64,000 nt of DNA from contig OX597814.1 in the NCBI GenBank assembly GCA_951406725.2, positions 181,536,001 through 181,600,000 of the forward strand. The letters are read 5' to 3'. The notes beneath the pieces are model-generated. The model was not told where the DNA came from and did no database searches. It saw nothing but the letters and a program-made list of their open reading frames with translations. The stretch comes from Octopus vulgaris. Its lineage: Eukaryota. A program made the position numbers and the translations under genes. Shown in pieces: positions 1 to 13,629 of this stretch; position 1 is the first letter of the stretch; the number at the start of each line of letters is the position of its first letter.

Positions 1-584
1 TCTCTCTGTATTTACTACTAAACAATGAAGAGGACACAAACACAAACTTTATTTCGCATACTTTTGGATTTGCCCGTCGAGGCAAGGCATTTTTAACATA
101 ACGGTAAATAAATATTTCCTTAAAACATCATGCATTGTCCATCTTTCACATCCTACAGTATGCAATTATAGCAACAAATTTTTATCGTTACAACGGCTGA
201 CTTCGACCCTCATCATCATTATTGTTTACTAATCAATTTCACTCGCTACAACTGGTAACTACACTAATTAAAATTTACCCGTTACATATCCATAGGAAAT
301 CAATGGCACCTTTCGCACTGACTCTGCCTCATTGATCTTCCTTTCAGTTTCTTTTTGCAACTAAAATATACCAAGATCATTGCCAATACCCTAAATATTT
401 CTCTTTCTCCGCCTCTCTCCCCCCATCTCTCTCTCTCTCTCTCGTTTTATCCTGGTTTATAAATGAAAGGATTTGAAACGTAGATGCTGTGTTTGAACTG
501 TTCTCTTTAACATGTGTATTGAATAATCCCACTCTCCTAGTTATATTCGTATAGGCGCTTGACAAAGATCCGCGTGACTTAATG

Positions 585-780
585 GTTAAGGTGTCAGACA
601 CATATAAGTAAGATTGTGGTTTTGATTCCTAGACCGAGCGACGCGTTGTGTTCTTGAGCAAAACACTTCATTGTATGTTGCTCCAATCCGCTCATCTGGC
701 AAGAATGAGTAATCTTACGACGGACCGGCGTCCTGCCCAGGAGGGAATATACACGCCACAGAATCAGAGTTGGGTAGGAT
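585..780 (+). mobile_element. Old tRNA-derived SINE; related copies at about 3058-3320 and 17785-17940
   Basis: Box A/B-like TAATGGTTAAGG and GGTTTTGATTCC, followed by GTGTTCTTGAGCAAAACACTT, a core shared among the copies. Confidence 0.6.
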
Positions 781-834
781 TTTTATCCTATCTTTTTTTC
801 TATCTATCCTAGTTACATTGGTTTCAATATAATT

Positions 835-1015
835 TCGGGAGAGAGGATGAGTCGGTTACATCGACCCCGGTGATCAAGTGGTACTTATTTTATCGACCCC
901 GAAAGTATAAAAGGAAAAGTCGACATCGGCGGGATATGGAATCATAACGAAAAGAAGGACTAAATGCCGCTAACCATTTTGCCCGACGAGCTCACTATTC
1001 TACTTGTTCGCCGCT
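835..1015 (-). mobile_element. tRNA-derived SINE with a Nin/Deu-like core (family A)
   Basis: Reverse complement of the GTCGACTTTGCCTTTCATCCTTTCGGGGTCGATAAAATAAGTACC core that recurs throughout the window. Confidence 0.75.
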
Positions 1016-1157
1016 CACCTCTCTCCTAGTTATATTAATAAAGGGATTTGAAACGGTGTGTTTTAACTGTTCTCTTTAACTTAAATATTAAAAATCACTT
1101 TATCCCTACATTTGATGCTTGTAATAATCTTGACGATAATAATTTTTGAAAATTATA

Positions 1158-1960
1158 TACGAAGTCTGATCAATAAGTATCCGGAGTGTTGCAGAGTAAA
1201 GTCGCTTGGCACAAATTGACCTTAAACTCTGCTGTGCAAGTGCACTAAGTTTTAACGTTCTAGCTCACTTCTACTGTTTACAGCAGTGCTTGTGAAGGAA
1301 GATGTGTTGTGTGTGATCGTCGCATTGACTATAACAGAGAAAGTTGTCATGGCGATACCTGCTCAGAGGCCTACGCAGGGTTGCAGAAAGTGTATGAAGA
1401 GGAGTGTATGAGCCGCATACAAGTGTACAAGATGGCCGAAAAAATGTCGATATCGACGATCGTTCTGGGAGACCTGCAACCAGCAAAACTGAGAAAAAAA
1501 ACATAGCAGATGTCCGTGCAGCTGTGAGGAGAAATCGTCGAATCACCATTCGTGAGTTATCAGAGGATGTGCAGATTAGTTACCGCTCAGTTCAATCCAT
1601 TATCACTGAAGATTTGAGTATGAGACGCGTGTCTGCAAGTTTGTACCAAAACTGTTTTCATCTGATCAAAAAGACACTCGGGTTTCAGTTGCACAAGATC
1701 TCCTTGATTGTGTTGAGAATGATGAAAACTTTTTGAAAACTTTGTGTAGGCCTCTGAACAGGTATCACCAAGCTTTTGGCAAAATTCGATGCTGATTCTC
1801 TGTTCAACTTGCTCTGTCATGGTCAATGCGACGATCACACGCTACACACCTTCCTTCCAAGCGCTGCTGTAAACTGCAGAAGTGAGCTAGAGCGTTTAAA
1901 CTTAGTGATCATACCACATATAAGGGTGCCGCAATTCAGCTATGTCAGATTGCCAGCAAA
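1158..1960. mobile_element. Mariner-derived non-autonomous element with an inverted duplication of its 5' part
   Basis: TIR-like TACGAAGTCTGATCAATAAGTA at 1158. HTH fragments on + (RSGRP...RRITIRELSEDVQIS) and on - (EQRISIEFCQKLG). Arms 1243-1375 and 1745-1907 are reverse complements. Confidence 0.8.
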
Positions 1961-2759
1961 CCTGGGGCTGAGTTTTATTTACATCCATTCATGTCGTAAA
2001 TAAAATTCCTATTGGGAGAGAATGTATTTTTCATCCTTCTGGGCTCTGTAAAATGAGTACCGGTCAAGTACCAGATATGTAATCAGCTATCAGCTTCCAA
2101 GACATCTGTGGTCCTGTGTCTCTGTTAAAATTTCTCTCTCTTTCTCTTTCTCTCTCTCTCGCTCTCGCTCTTCTTGCCCCCCATCTCTTTCAGATAAAGT
2201 ATAGTTAATTAAATCGATCTCGTTTTTATTTCACTTATTGACCCTGATATTCTACTTAGATAAAAACATTACAACAAAACCTTTTGCTCTATGCACTGCG
2301 TCCGGCCATCCAGGGCGCTTGTTTCATTAATCTAAAATACTCGTCGTCTTCATTCAAAGGGAAAAAAAACGCTTTAAGATGGTAAATTGAGTCAATTTTT
2401 CATTCATTAATGCATATATTAATTTGCTATCTTTCCAGAGTTTATAAAATAATCTAAAGGGAAGAACAATATTCATCACCAATTCGATAGTTAGATCTAA
2501 AAGATGAATAGCGGAAAATAATATCCAGATGTTACTGAAACTCGTTGCTTTATAGGTCAACCTTACACTACATTGGAATATGTGGTATGTGATCTGCAGG
2601 ATGTCGTTAGAACATCAGTTTTATTGGGAAAATTATTAGTAGTATTATTGTACAAATTATAATTTCGATTAGGATTGTTTTGGCTCTGATTAAATATCAC
2701 CAAAATAAAAGATGTTGCATACATACGCATCTTTTCTATTTTTGTCTTCATGTACGTAA

Positions 2760-2802
<43 letters not shown>

Positions 2803-2965
2803 CATGCATGCAGTTCTATGATGGCTTAACTGGCTAAAAGTTCGAAGTCACTGTCAACAACATTCTTGTGTAAGGATAATAAATTCGTACCCCACTAACT
2901 AACGTAAAATCGTTTTTATTATTAATGCACATAAAAACAAATACACACACACACACGCACGCACG

Positions 2966-3034
<69 letters not shown>

Positions 3035-3329
3035 GAGAGAGAGAGAGAGAGAAGGCTCTTGGCTTAGCGGTTAGGATTTTGGGGGCTCATGATCGTAAGC
3101 CGCGAGTTCGAATACCGGCGGTGAGTTGTGTCCTTGAGCAAGACATTTTATTTCACGTTACTCCGGTTTACTCAGCTTCCAGAAAGGAGTAGTTCCTGTA
3201 TTTCAAAGTGTACGCATGTCTGTGGAGCACTCAACCACATACACGTTAATTCTCGAGCAGACTCTTTCGATTATTGCAATCGTCTGATCGAAAGTCCCAC
3301 ACATACGAAGGCTGCGACCATTTTTCAGC

Positions 3330-5300
3330 TTTTGGTAGTTGCTTGCAGTATCTCTTTGGAGTTCAGCAGTAATCCGCCATCATGTTTACATTCCACCTCC
3401 CCTGGTAACTCCGCTCCATTTCTTTAATGTCCTGGTGAAATCTCTCACCGTGCTCTTCATTTAGATAGCCAAGGTACTCCGGGGAATAGTCGAGGTGTGA
3501 GTGAAAAAAGTGCATTTTAACACTCGTGTTGCACCAAAGCTTCTTGAAGTTTTGCAACTTGTATCAATTACGACTTTGTAATTTCAACACTTATTGCTTC
3601 ACCCAAAAGTTCTCGACAACACATTTGAGCTCACCCGTGCTTGTTTTTGAGATTCATTCATAGATTTCTCATAATCTGGGATTTTCGTTAGTTTACGAAT
3701 GTCGGGACCAACAAATATTCCTGCTTTAATTTTCTCTCTGGTTATATTTGGGAATTTTTTTGAGAGATACTGCAAACATGGTCCATCTGCAGGCAAAGAT
3801 TTAACAAACTGTTTCACGAAAACCAGTTTGATTTGCAAAGGTGCTAACAGTGCTTTTGAAGGTTCAATCAAGAACTCATGCAGAACGCTTTTGGATCCAG
3901 GTAATAAACTTCTTTGTGGCCAGTTTTTACCAACCATCCAGTGCTTTTCTTTAGCTCTGCTGTCTCACTCACATGAAAAAAACATGGCATTTTTGTGTAG
4001 CCTGCCTGCTGGCCTATAAGCACGCCTATATTTTGAAATCACCACACACTTGCCAATGGTATTCTGTATACTTGATAATTAACAAAAGTTTATTTTTACA
4101 TTTTCATACGCTTCCTTTAGTTGACAGAATGTGTCACCGGAATGGAGGAATACTTATTTCCATTGTGTAGCAAGACAGTCTTCAAAATCCTTTTGGATGA
4201 ATTAATGAATAGCCTCCATTCTGAAGGATTGCTCTTGATCTCAAAATAGGTTAACAGGTTTGGAATATTACAACAAAACGTCATTGATTCATCCTCAGCA
4301 AAGAATGGTAACAACTCGTGTTCCCTGTGACGATACCAAGAAAAGAAGGTTCCCGGTAACAATAGCTTTTTCATTTTTAGCCTAGAACCAAGAAGTTCCG
4401 TTGTATTCTTTGGTAGGTTCAAATGTCTCACCAAATTATTGAGCTCTCCCTGTGTAAGTAACTGCAGGCTTTCGATTTTGTCAGGAGTGTAGTCAACACC
4501 TTCTTCATCACTATCTGATGTAACATTCTCCAAAACAAGTGGGGGAGAGGAACTGGCATGTCAACCATATGTGCAATAGGCCTTATAGCAGAGGGAATAC
4601 TATTATACACTATCTTATGTTTATTTTTTGCACTGCACCCATCAACTTTAGTTATGTAGAAATAACAACCGTCAACGTGGTTACTCGGCTCTCGCCACAC
4701 CATTGGTATTCTAAAAGGCATTTCTTTTTCTTACCAGCTTTCCAGAGAGTCTCAGCCCCGCCACATAAATGCAACTGACCGAGTTTAACACCAAAATAAG
4801 CGAAGTATAGATGTTTTATAAGATCAGTTATATTTTGTCTCTGCTTAATGACAACATACCTGTCACGAATGTAGCAGAATATGTCTTGATTGTTCACGCA
4901 CTTACATCTATATGCGCTTATTTTAAATGAAGTCTCTGCGTAAATATCACCAACGACTGACTTCTGGAACTACTAAAACAACACTAAAGCATCAGTTAGC
5001 AATCATGTACACAGCTTTTTAAGGTCACGTCATCTGTCAGAGTTGCCAACTTAATAAGTTTTATATTGGCTGCTATTTTACCTTTGCTAATATTAGGTCA
5101 GTATTGGTTTATAGCAATCTATTCTGTTGAGCAAAACAAGTCAGATAATCACTGTCATCTGATTCTCTGATACCATAATACAGAAAAACTAGACGTGACG
5201 GAGAAAAACTAACAACAGATCTGAAATCAGTGTAAAAATTGCTCCAAAAAGTTACGCACACATTTAAACAGAGAAAATAATGCAAACTTGTCTTATTTGT
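3330..5300 (-). mobile_element. Degenerate DNA transposon, probably CMC/Chapaev3-like (frameshifted transposase pseudogene)
   Basis: Collinear minus-strand fragments: FCYI..YFGVKLG, MVWREPSNHVDGCYF, EWRLFINSSKRILKTVLLHNGN, LAPLQIKLVFVKQFVK, HSHLD..EEHGERFHQDIKEMERSYQGRW..MMADYC. Family assignment is from recall of the motifs. Confidence 0.72.
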
Positions 5301-5324
5301 TTGTGTATGTTAATTCATTGTGAA

Positions 5325-5431
5325 TTTTAAATGTCATTATAATGTAAATTATTTTTTTAAATGTCATTATAATGTAAATTATTTTTTTAAATGTCATTAT
5401 AATGTAAATTATTTTTTTAAAATGTCATTAT
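5325..5431. repeat. 30-bp tandem repeat, about 3.5 copies
   Basis: Unit TTTTAAATGTCATTATAATGTAAATTATTT. Confidence 0.9.
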
Positions 5432-5486
5432 ACTAGACTTATTATCATGATTCTTTCTGTAAATCTATTTGAAATGTTTTGAGCAG

Positions 5487-5735
5487 CAGTGCTTCTCAAA
5501 CTACCTGATATGGCGTACTGGCAGTTTTTTTTCCCCAATGTGCCAGGGACCGGTAATATTTCTTAGTAATATTAACTTATACCGGAAACAATATATTTAA
5601 TGAATATAATAAAAGTTGACAATTTTTTTTAATCTTATATTTACTTTGTAAACAAACAATACAATATTACATAAGCATTTTATATTTCTTTCTTTTCTAG
5701 AAACACACCGCGGACCACCACTTTGAGTAGCACTG
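5487..5735. mobile_element. hAT/Charlie-like MITE
   Basis: Terminal inverted repeats CAGTGCTTCTCAAA...TTTGAGTAGCACTG. Confidence 0.7.
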
Positions 5736-5899
5736 ATATACAGCACATTTTGGGGCCTTTTTCTTTTGAATGTTATAAATCACTTCCTTTAAAAAGTAAC
5801 TCTAAAAACATTCCTAATAGAAACTTATTTATATAAATACTTGTAAAATAAGAATTTCAACTTCTACTGCCAACTGTTTTTCAATATTTCCTGTAGTTA

Positions 5900-6345
5900 A
5901 GGCGACGAGCTGGCAGAATCGTTACCGCGCGGGAAAACTGCTTAGTAGAATTACTTCCGTCTTTATGTTCTTGGCTTCAAATGCCACTGGGATCGACTTT
6001 GCTGTTTATCCTTTCGGGGTCGATAAAATAAGTATTGGTCGAGCACTGGGGTCGATTTAATCGACTTGGACTCTCCCCTAAAACCACGGGCTTTGTGTCA
6101 AAATTGAAACCGATATTTCCCGAGGTCAAGGCGACGAGCTGTCAGAACTGTTAGCACGCCAGGCAAAATGTTTAGCGGCATTTCGTCCGACTTCACGTTC
6201 CAAGTCCAAATTCTGCCGGGTTTCACTTTGCCTTTCATTTTTTAGGGGTCGATAAAACAAATTCCAGTTGAGTACTGGAGTTGATGTAATCGACTTATCC
6301 CCTCCACCGAAATTGCTGGCCTTGTGCCAAAATTTGAAATCAATA
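5900..6345 (+). mobile_element. Two tandem family-A SINE copies; further copies at 11876-12090, 54228-54300 and 59580-59625
   Basis: Each begins AAGGCGACGAGCTG(G/T)CAGAA and contains the core. Confidence 0.8.
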
Positions 6346-6607
6346 TTTCCTGTAGTTGGTAATGCAGAGAGACATTGTTTTTCAAGTGAAGTCTGAGATT
6401 CAAATGTCCATCCTCCATTCATCCATCCACTCATCTATTCCTGAGAGTGGACATCATGACCAACGGTCAACATCACTATTTATGTCCCATGCTGTGATCC
6501 ATGCACTCCGTCGCTCCATATATTTCGTACTTGTAATTTAAAGGGCCCAACCTTTTGACAAAGTATAGCATGCTGATTCTGCCGGGGAATATTCTTTTAT
6601 TTTTATA

Positions 6608-6783
6608 TTTGTTTCAGTCATTTGACTGAGGCTTTGCTGGAGCACCGCCTTGAAGGATTTTAGTCGAACAAATCGACCCCAGGACTTATTTTTTAAGCCT
6701 AGTACTTATTCTATCGGTCTCTTTTACAGAACCGCTAAGTTACGGGTGGTAAACACACCAATGACGGTTGTCGAGCGGTGAGG

Positions 6784-6814
<31 letters not shown>

Positions 6815-6945
6815 TATACGGCGGTATTCTTTCAGATTCCGTCTACCAAATTCACTCACAAGGCTTTGGTCGGCCTCAGGCTGTAGAAGACACTTGCCCA
6901 AGGTGCCACGCAATGGGACTGAACCCAGAACCATGTGGTTGGGAA
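6608..6945 (-). mobile_element. Bipartite SINE family B (tRNA head, CORE-like segment, internal microsatellite, second domain); copies also at 16572-16735(+), 16755-17120(-), 32282-32690(+), 53535-53665(-), 54670-54880(+), 55070-55180(-), 59440-59575(+)
   Basis: Shared GGTTCAGTCCCACTGCGTGGCACCTTGGGCAAGTGTCTTCTAC and GACCGATAGAATAAGTACTAGGCT...CAGTCAAATGACTGAAACAA segments. Confidence 0.8.
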
Positions 6946-7555
6946 GCGCTAAAGATACACTTGTATAGAGTGTCGCAAAATAGGACCATTCTTTGAATGT
7001 GTCACCTGGTTGCTGTGATGCGTCACGTATCGTCGAGATTGGTTGTGTACACATCACACTTCCGTTTTCTGCTTTTACAGCTGGCCAACAGAAATTCCAA
7101 ATAGAGAGCTGTGTGTTAGTTTTCCCTTGACACTACATAACTTCTCCAGAAGCAAACCCTAGGTATTATATTTTTTTTGTGGTGATATATGGTAAACCTC
7201 CCAAGAACTCAATGATGGTCTGCAACCAGAGAGGTGACATGTGAACTACTGAAGTGTAATCACGCCTTAGTACCCATTGACAACCATATTCCCAATTATG
7301 GGTAAAATAAACTCATTTCCTTGTGAGTGCTGCAGATAGCAACATGATAAGGGAAACAAGCCCTGGTAGAAATATCAGAATAAAGACCCATAGGAGGTAA
7401 AATATGTGTATTTGGCAGTTTTCTTGGCAATTTCTGCAACCAAACTGAGACCGGATGTTCTGGCTTTGATTTCTCTTGTCTGCACAGGTGAAGTCGAGAA
7501 TGAGATCATGAGTAACCTCTATAGAACTTCATAAACGCTTTTTTACCCCCACCTC

Positions 7556-7592
<37 letters not shown>

Positions 7593-10500
7593 ATCTCTTT
7601 CACTCTCTTTTGTCGCCATGAGAGGACATTACATCTTTATGAAACAAAGGCACAACAGGAAAGGCAAAAATTACAAGTTATGAGTCCTGTCTAAATTGTC
7701 AGAGAGAGGGAAAGAGAGAGGGGATAGAGAGGCGTAGAGATGGGGAGAGATAGAAAGAGGAGAGACGCTATGTACTGTCTCTGTCAGAAGGAAGAAATTT
7801 TTGTGGTTCCACTGGACAGTTTCTACTCGCCTTAAACTGGACAGACTTCAAGCAGTAAGATGGTGATCCGCTAGAATTTCGCTACTTGTTTGGATGTTAA
7901 GAACTTAAGGTGTTTGCATGCAAAAAAAATCGAAAAAGATTCTAGTACTTCGTAAAGCAAGCTGTAATGTTAGAACTGTGATGCTAAGTTCGACCAGATT
8001 CTGCAATTAATCGATGACAGACGCAAAGCAGCTGTTATTGATACTTAACTCACAAGATTAAATGTGGACACTGTTACACTTCTTGAGACAAGACTTTCGA
8101 ATGATGGGCCAATAAAGGGAAACAATAAACTTTCTTTTGGAAAAGAAAAGCGTAAACTGATGGATGAGAGCATGGCGTTGATTTCCAGTAAAAACATCTT
8201 CCAAACTAATGACAGAAACCTCTTCTGCCAGTATTGAATGAATATTAATCCTAACAATAAATCTTGAATCCTAACAATAATTCTTGTGACAGCTTACATT
8301 CCTATGTTTAACTTAAGTAATGAAGCGAAAGGCCAGTAATCAGAAGGCTTCAATTTGGAGATTACAACGCTAAAGTCGGTGCGGAGCATAATGTTTGGTC
8401 TATAAGTATCGACTGTCACAGAGTGGGTTAAAAACGTACGAAAATGGTCAGAGATTGCCTGAAGTACGATGTCCCAGAAACCTTTGCACTATAAATACCA
8501 ACTTCCTTAACAAGCACAAAAATAGTTTCACGGGTACATACAATATCGTGTCAGTGGCACCAACTGGATCTTGTCATTGTCAGAATAAACTGTCTCCAAA
8601 TTATTTACAACACACGAAGCTTCGAAAGAGATGACTGTCACTTCGATCACTCTTTCAACATTAGCAATGTTGCATTACAGTCGAGAAAAATATTCCATAG
8701 TGGAAAACCTGAAGCGACCCTCTATGATCCACTCTATCCACTCAGATACAAGCATTAACTTCATCTCCATCGATGTTATTGTCCAAGCTAATGATCACTT
8801 AGTTTCCTTTTCCACTGACTGGTCTACCATTGATGTGTAGGCGCAGTTAGCCCACTTGACAGCGGGTTTAAAACAAGCTTGCTAGATGGCGTTAGAGCAT
8901 GAGATTCTGGCACGAGGCCTTACGACTACCTTTTTCTGCATCGGGACACGAGACTGTGAAGATGTAACCCAACTGGCGCTCTGACAAAACACGCCAGCTA
9001 GCAGACAGGCAGGAGCAACGCACAGGAGAAGACCATGGCTTCCATGCATCAAACCATTTTCGTTTATCACCCAGCTTGTATATATATATATATACGTGTA
9101 GCCACATTAAAGGCATTTAAATTTGCCGCCTTGTTTCATGTATTTCTTTATGCCGGGTTTCCTGTCAAATGATATTACAGCCTTCTGAGTAGAGTCATAT
9201 TAGATGGCTCCACAACCTGTCCATCTAAAGATGTATTCGGGGAGAAAGAAAGGTCACTTGTTGACTAGTATGAGAATAACCTAATTAAATACACTCTCCC
9301 TTACTTAAATTATTCTGTCAGCATTTTCTTCATTTCCTTTTTTTATATATCACAACTCGTGTTCCACATCTCCTTTTTTTAAATATATATATATATATAT
9401 ATATATACATAAAAGAAGGCTTCCACAGAGTTCCGTCAACAATCAAATTCACTCACAAGGCATTGGTCAATTCTTAGCGGGATCGAATCCACGTGGCTGC
9501 GAAGCGAACTTCTTTACCACACATCTATACTCGTAGGCTCAATCATAACTAACAATTTGCTTCTAAATGCTGAGATAATTGCGTGAGTCAATAACGCCGT
9601 TACTTATATGACTAAAACCACTAACAAAGTTTAGGAGGACTTACTGTGAGCATCTAATTGAAGATTCATTTATCAAGCTTACGTTCTCAGCTATCTCCCA
9701 TACGATAGCAAAACAGGGAAGATATATGCCAACCATAAAAGAATCTTAAATTCGTACCACTTGGGTATTCCTAAAACTTGGGTATTACACGTAAAGACAA
9801 TGTTACTAGCATCTAGATCCTTGGCAGAGCAGGATCTGAGATCATATCTGCAACATTTAGTAAGCATCACTTGCAATGGCTTGGTCAGGTACACCACATA
9901 AATAGAGATTTCAGTAGAGCTAGCCTGAATGCGAATATGTCCAACAGATAAAGGAATGTGCCAAAGGACCTCTGTCCGATACACATTAAAACAGAGTCAA
10001 AGGAAGATATGGCACCAAAACCTTTCTGGTGGAAACATGTGAAGGCAGGAGTGAAAAAATGAGAACGATTAGAATTGACTTCGAGCACTAGAAAAACAAA
10101 GATGGAAAGCATTAGGACTCGCAAATCCATTCTGACACTCACTAACCACATGTCACCTCTTGTTAAGCCTGCTTTAACCTCTTGCCATGACCGCGATATA
10201 AAAATAACAGCTAGACACAGACCTACGTTTTTTTCATTTATCTCTGTTACTTTTGTACTTGGGCATAAATGTAAAGGCGGAAATATATCTAGCAATTTAT
10301 ACCTGTGATTTAGCTGAGTCCTCAATTTTTAAAAGTATATCAAATGTGCCATAACTTTTCCCGTCTTCTGTCGAGAGGGTTTCTCTTGAGATGTCCTGAA
10401 GTACTTGTATCTCTTCCCATCAGGCCAGGTTTAGACTAACTCCATACTTTTGGAAACACAGTTATATAATTTTTTCTTTTTATTCTCATCTGTAGTCCCC

Positions 10501-12620
10501 ACAGATGAAAATGAGTTTTCATCTATGGTGATTACAATACGGATTGTCACTCACTAATAGACTTACACAGCCATTGCATACGATATGCTAGCATAATGAA
10601 GATATAGGAAGGGAGTGGTGGTAAGGGGTGAAACAGGAAGGGGGAAAAGAAGAAATTTCCCAAAATCTCCTAGAAAGGACAGAGGCCGACAATGATAGGT
10701 GGATATGAAGAGCTCAACCCTTTATACTATAACACAATATAAGTGGTTCGGTCGATCGAACAATTGGAATTCTTATCGTCGGGGCAAATGCAAGATACAT
10801 CATCATCAGATATTGATTAGATTTCTTCCAAGACTAAATGTTTATATACATCCAACTGAATATCAAATAACTGCACTTGACTCGATGTGGTGGTATATTC
10901 TAGGTGAACAGAAATCGGGACAAAATTTTGATTCTTAGTTGAAATGGTTTCACAGAAAGGCAGAAACTTACTTTTTCTCTTTTGTCTGCATGCAACTGTC
11001 GATATTTCTCGTTTGATTTATCATGATCACTATTCCTTGCATTTATTTCCTACAGGCTATCTCATAGAAAAGCTCTTTCTAAATGATACCATCAGCGACA
11101 GAAGAGTTCTGCCTGTTTTTGTTTTGTTATATTTCTATGTTCTAGTTGATGTTGTCTTAACCTCTGATATTTGCATATCTAAATTAAATCTTTAAACCAA
11201 GCATAAATTTCGCCACATGACCTTGCACTGCTTCTGGTCGATAATGATATCGTATAATTTATTGGATTGACGTAAAGGATTTTTCTCATTGACTGGATCT
11301 CTGATAGGGGACTTCTGTTCCAAATATTTCTAATCATGTCGTTGCCAAGAAACAAACGCCTTATTTAGATGTTTGTTTGTGAATATATTTAAGTATTCAT
11401 TGCGTTGATGATAATAAAAAAAAACATAATTTATGATATACTAGTAGAAAAATGTACACAAATGTCCTTTGTATCCCTTTGCGGAAAGAAACAAAAGGAC
11501 TGGCCTGATCGGTCCCGACTCTTTTAAGTTGCATGTCGTGTGATTTCTCTAATATATTGTCAATTGATTAAAAGACTTTTATTAAATATTTTTTAATAAT
11601 TTCTACTAAAAGAGTTTAATTAAAAATTAGTGTTTGTGTTTTTATCTGAATAAAATTTCAGGTAAGTCAACCACTCTGCTTCTCCATAAACTTATACGCC
11701 TGAAAAATGACGAATACACCGATGATTAGGTGGACTAGAGTTCAAAGGAAATTGCTGAAACTTTAAAAGACATCAGTAATGGGTCAGCGCAGATTACAGC
11801 ACTCAATAGTTTGCACCACATGATAGTTAAGTCAAGACACACACCATCACATGCCTTTAATATGTGCGTCATTATAAGGTAGCGAACTGGCAGAATCGTT
11901 ACCGTGCCGGGCAAAATGCTTAGCGGCATTTCTTCTGCCGCTACGTTCTGAGTTCAAATTCCGCCGAGGTCGACCTTGCCTTTTATCCTTTCTGTATCGA
12001 TAAAATAAGTACGAGTTAGGCACTGGGTTCGATGTAATCGAATTATCCTTTCCCCGAAGTTGCTGGACTTGTGGTAAGATTTGAAACTAATACAAGTGCC
12101 GTTATATGAAGCAAAAGTACAAAATACAAAAAGCATATTTTAACACATTAGTTCGCAATTTTAACATAAGATATTTAGTTGGTCGAAGGCAGAGAAGCAG
12201 TGCTTTTCGCAGGCCATCCCAGAATGGTGAGATTGATGCCGGTATGTGACATATGTTCAGAGGTTTTACAAAAAGCATAGTTATACAGTCGACCGTAGTT
12301 TAGAAGTGTGGTCCTGTTTACCATACATATAATTAAACATATAGCAGGCTCTACATATTTTTAACACAATGTTATGTCAAGCTATTCTTTTACCACAAAA
12401 TAAACAAAAACACACAAAAAGTCCTATTTATTATTGTTCTCTTGGCCATACGAGAGAAGTTAAAGACCAGCCGTCCAAGGAAACTCCTGTAGGCAGATGA
12501 CCCAATTCTCATAGCTGAATCTGTTGCAGATTTAAAGACGACATAATAAGGGCTGAATATAAAATAATACAGCAAAGTTCAATTTTCTCACAGGTCAACC
12601 CCAGGCTAGACATCACAACT

Positions 12621-12665
<45 letters not shown>

Positions 12666-12844
12666 GTCATCGCGTCGTCGTCGTCGTCGTCGACATTGTT
12701 ATCATCGTCGTCATCACGGTCGTCGTCCCCTTTCGTAGATGGCTCGGAGACCCACATCTCGCTTGTAAGTTACATTTTTGGTTCGCTTTCTACAGCCGGA
12801 TGCCATTCATAACACCAATCACTTTACAGAAAGTACTGGGTGTA

Positions 12845-13629
12845 AAGGCGGCGAGCTGGCAGAATCGTTAGCACGCCGGGCGAAATACTTAGCGGTATTT
12901 CGTCTGCCGCTACGTTCTGAGTTCAAATTCCGCCGAGGTCGACTTTGCCTTTCATCCTTTCGGGGTCGATTAAATAAGTATCACTTACGCACTGGGGTCG
13001 ATATAATCGACTTAATCCGTTTGCCTGTCCTTGTTTGTCCTCTCTGTGTTTAGCCCCTTGTGGGTAGTAAAGAAATAGGTATTTCGTCTGCCGCTACGTT
13101 CTGAGTTCAAATTCCGCCGAGGTCGACTTTGCCTTTCATCCTTTCGGGGTCGATTAAATAAGTACCAGTTACGCACTGGGGTCGATATAATCGACTTAAT
13201 CCGTTTGCCTGTCCTTGTTTGTCCTCTCTGTGTTTGGCCCCTTGTGGGTAGAAAAGAAATAGGTATTTCGTCTGCTGTTACGCTCTGTGTTCAAATGCCG
13301 CTAAGGTCGACTTTGCCTTTCATCCTTTCGGGGTCGATTAAATTAGTACCAATTACACACTGGAGTCGATATAATCGATTTAATCCGTTTGTCTGTCTTT
13401 GTTTGTCCTCTCTGTGTTTGGCCCCTTGTGGGTAGTAAATAAATAGGTATTCCGTCTGCCGTTACGTTCTGAGTTCAAATTCCGCCGAGGTCGACTTTGC
13501 CTTTCATCCTTTCGGGGTCGATTAAATAAGTACCAGTTACGCACTGGGGTCGATGTAAACGACTTATTCCCTTTGTGTGTCCTTGTTTGTCCCCTCTATG
13601 TTTAGCCCTTTGTGGGCAATAAAGAAATA
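12845..13629 (+). mobile_element. Tetrameric family-A SINE (one head plus four 184-bp units) with a 17-bp TSD
   Basis: Units start at 12894, 13078, 13262 and 13446. TSD AGAAAGTACTGGGTGTA at 12828-12844 and 13630-13646. Confidence 0.9.

Noticed and set aside
2354-2720. Possible minus-strand exon(s) with hydrophobic or Asn-rich translations (AG at 2687-2686, GT at 2566)
   Set aside because: No recognisable homology and no partner exons, so it cannot be supported from sequence alone.
7790-10500. Complex sequence with short ORFs
   Set aside because: Probably decayed transposon or LINE material, but no diagnostic motif was recognised.
12894-13629. 184-bp tandem units as a CRISPR array or retrozyme
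   Set aside because: There are no unique spacers, no cas genes, the context is eukaryotic, and no CUGANGA/GAAA core was found on either strand of the unit.
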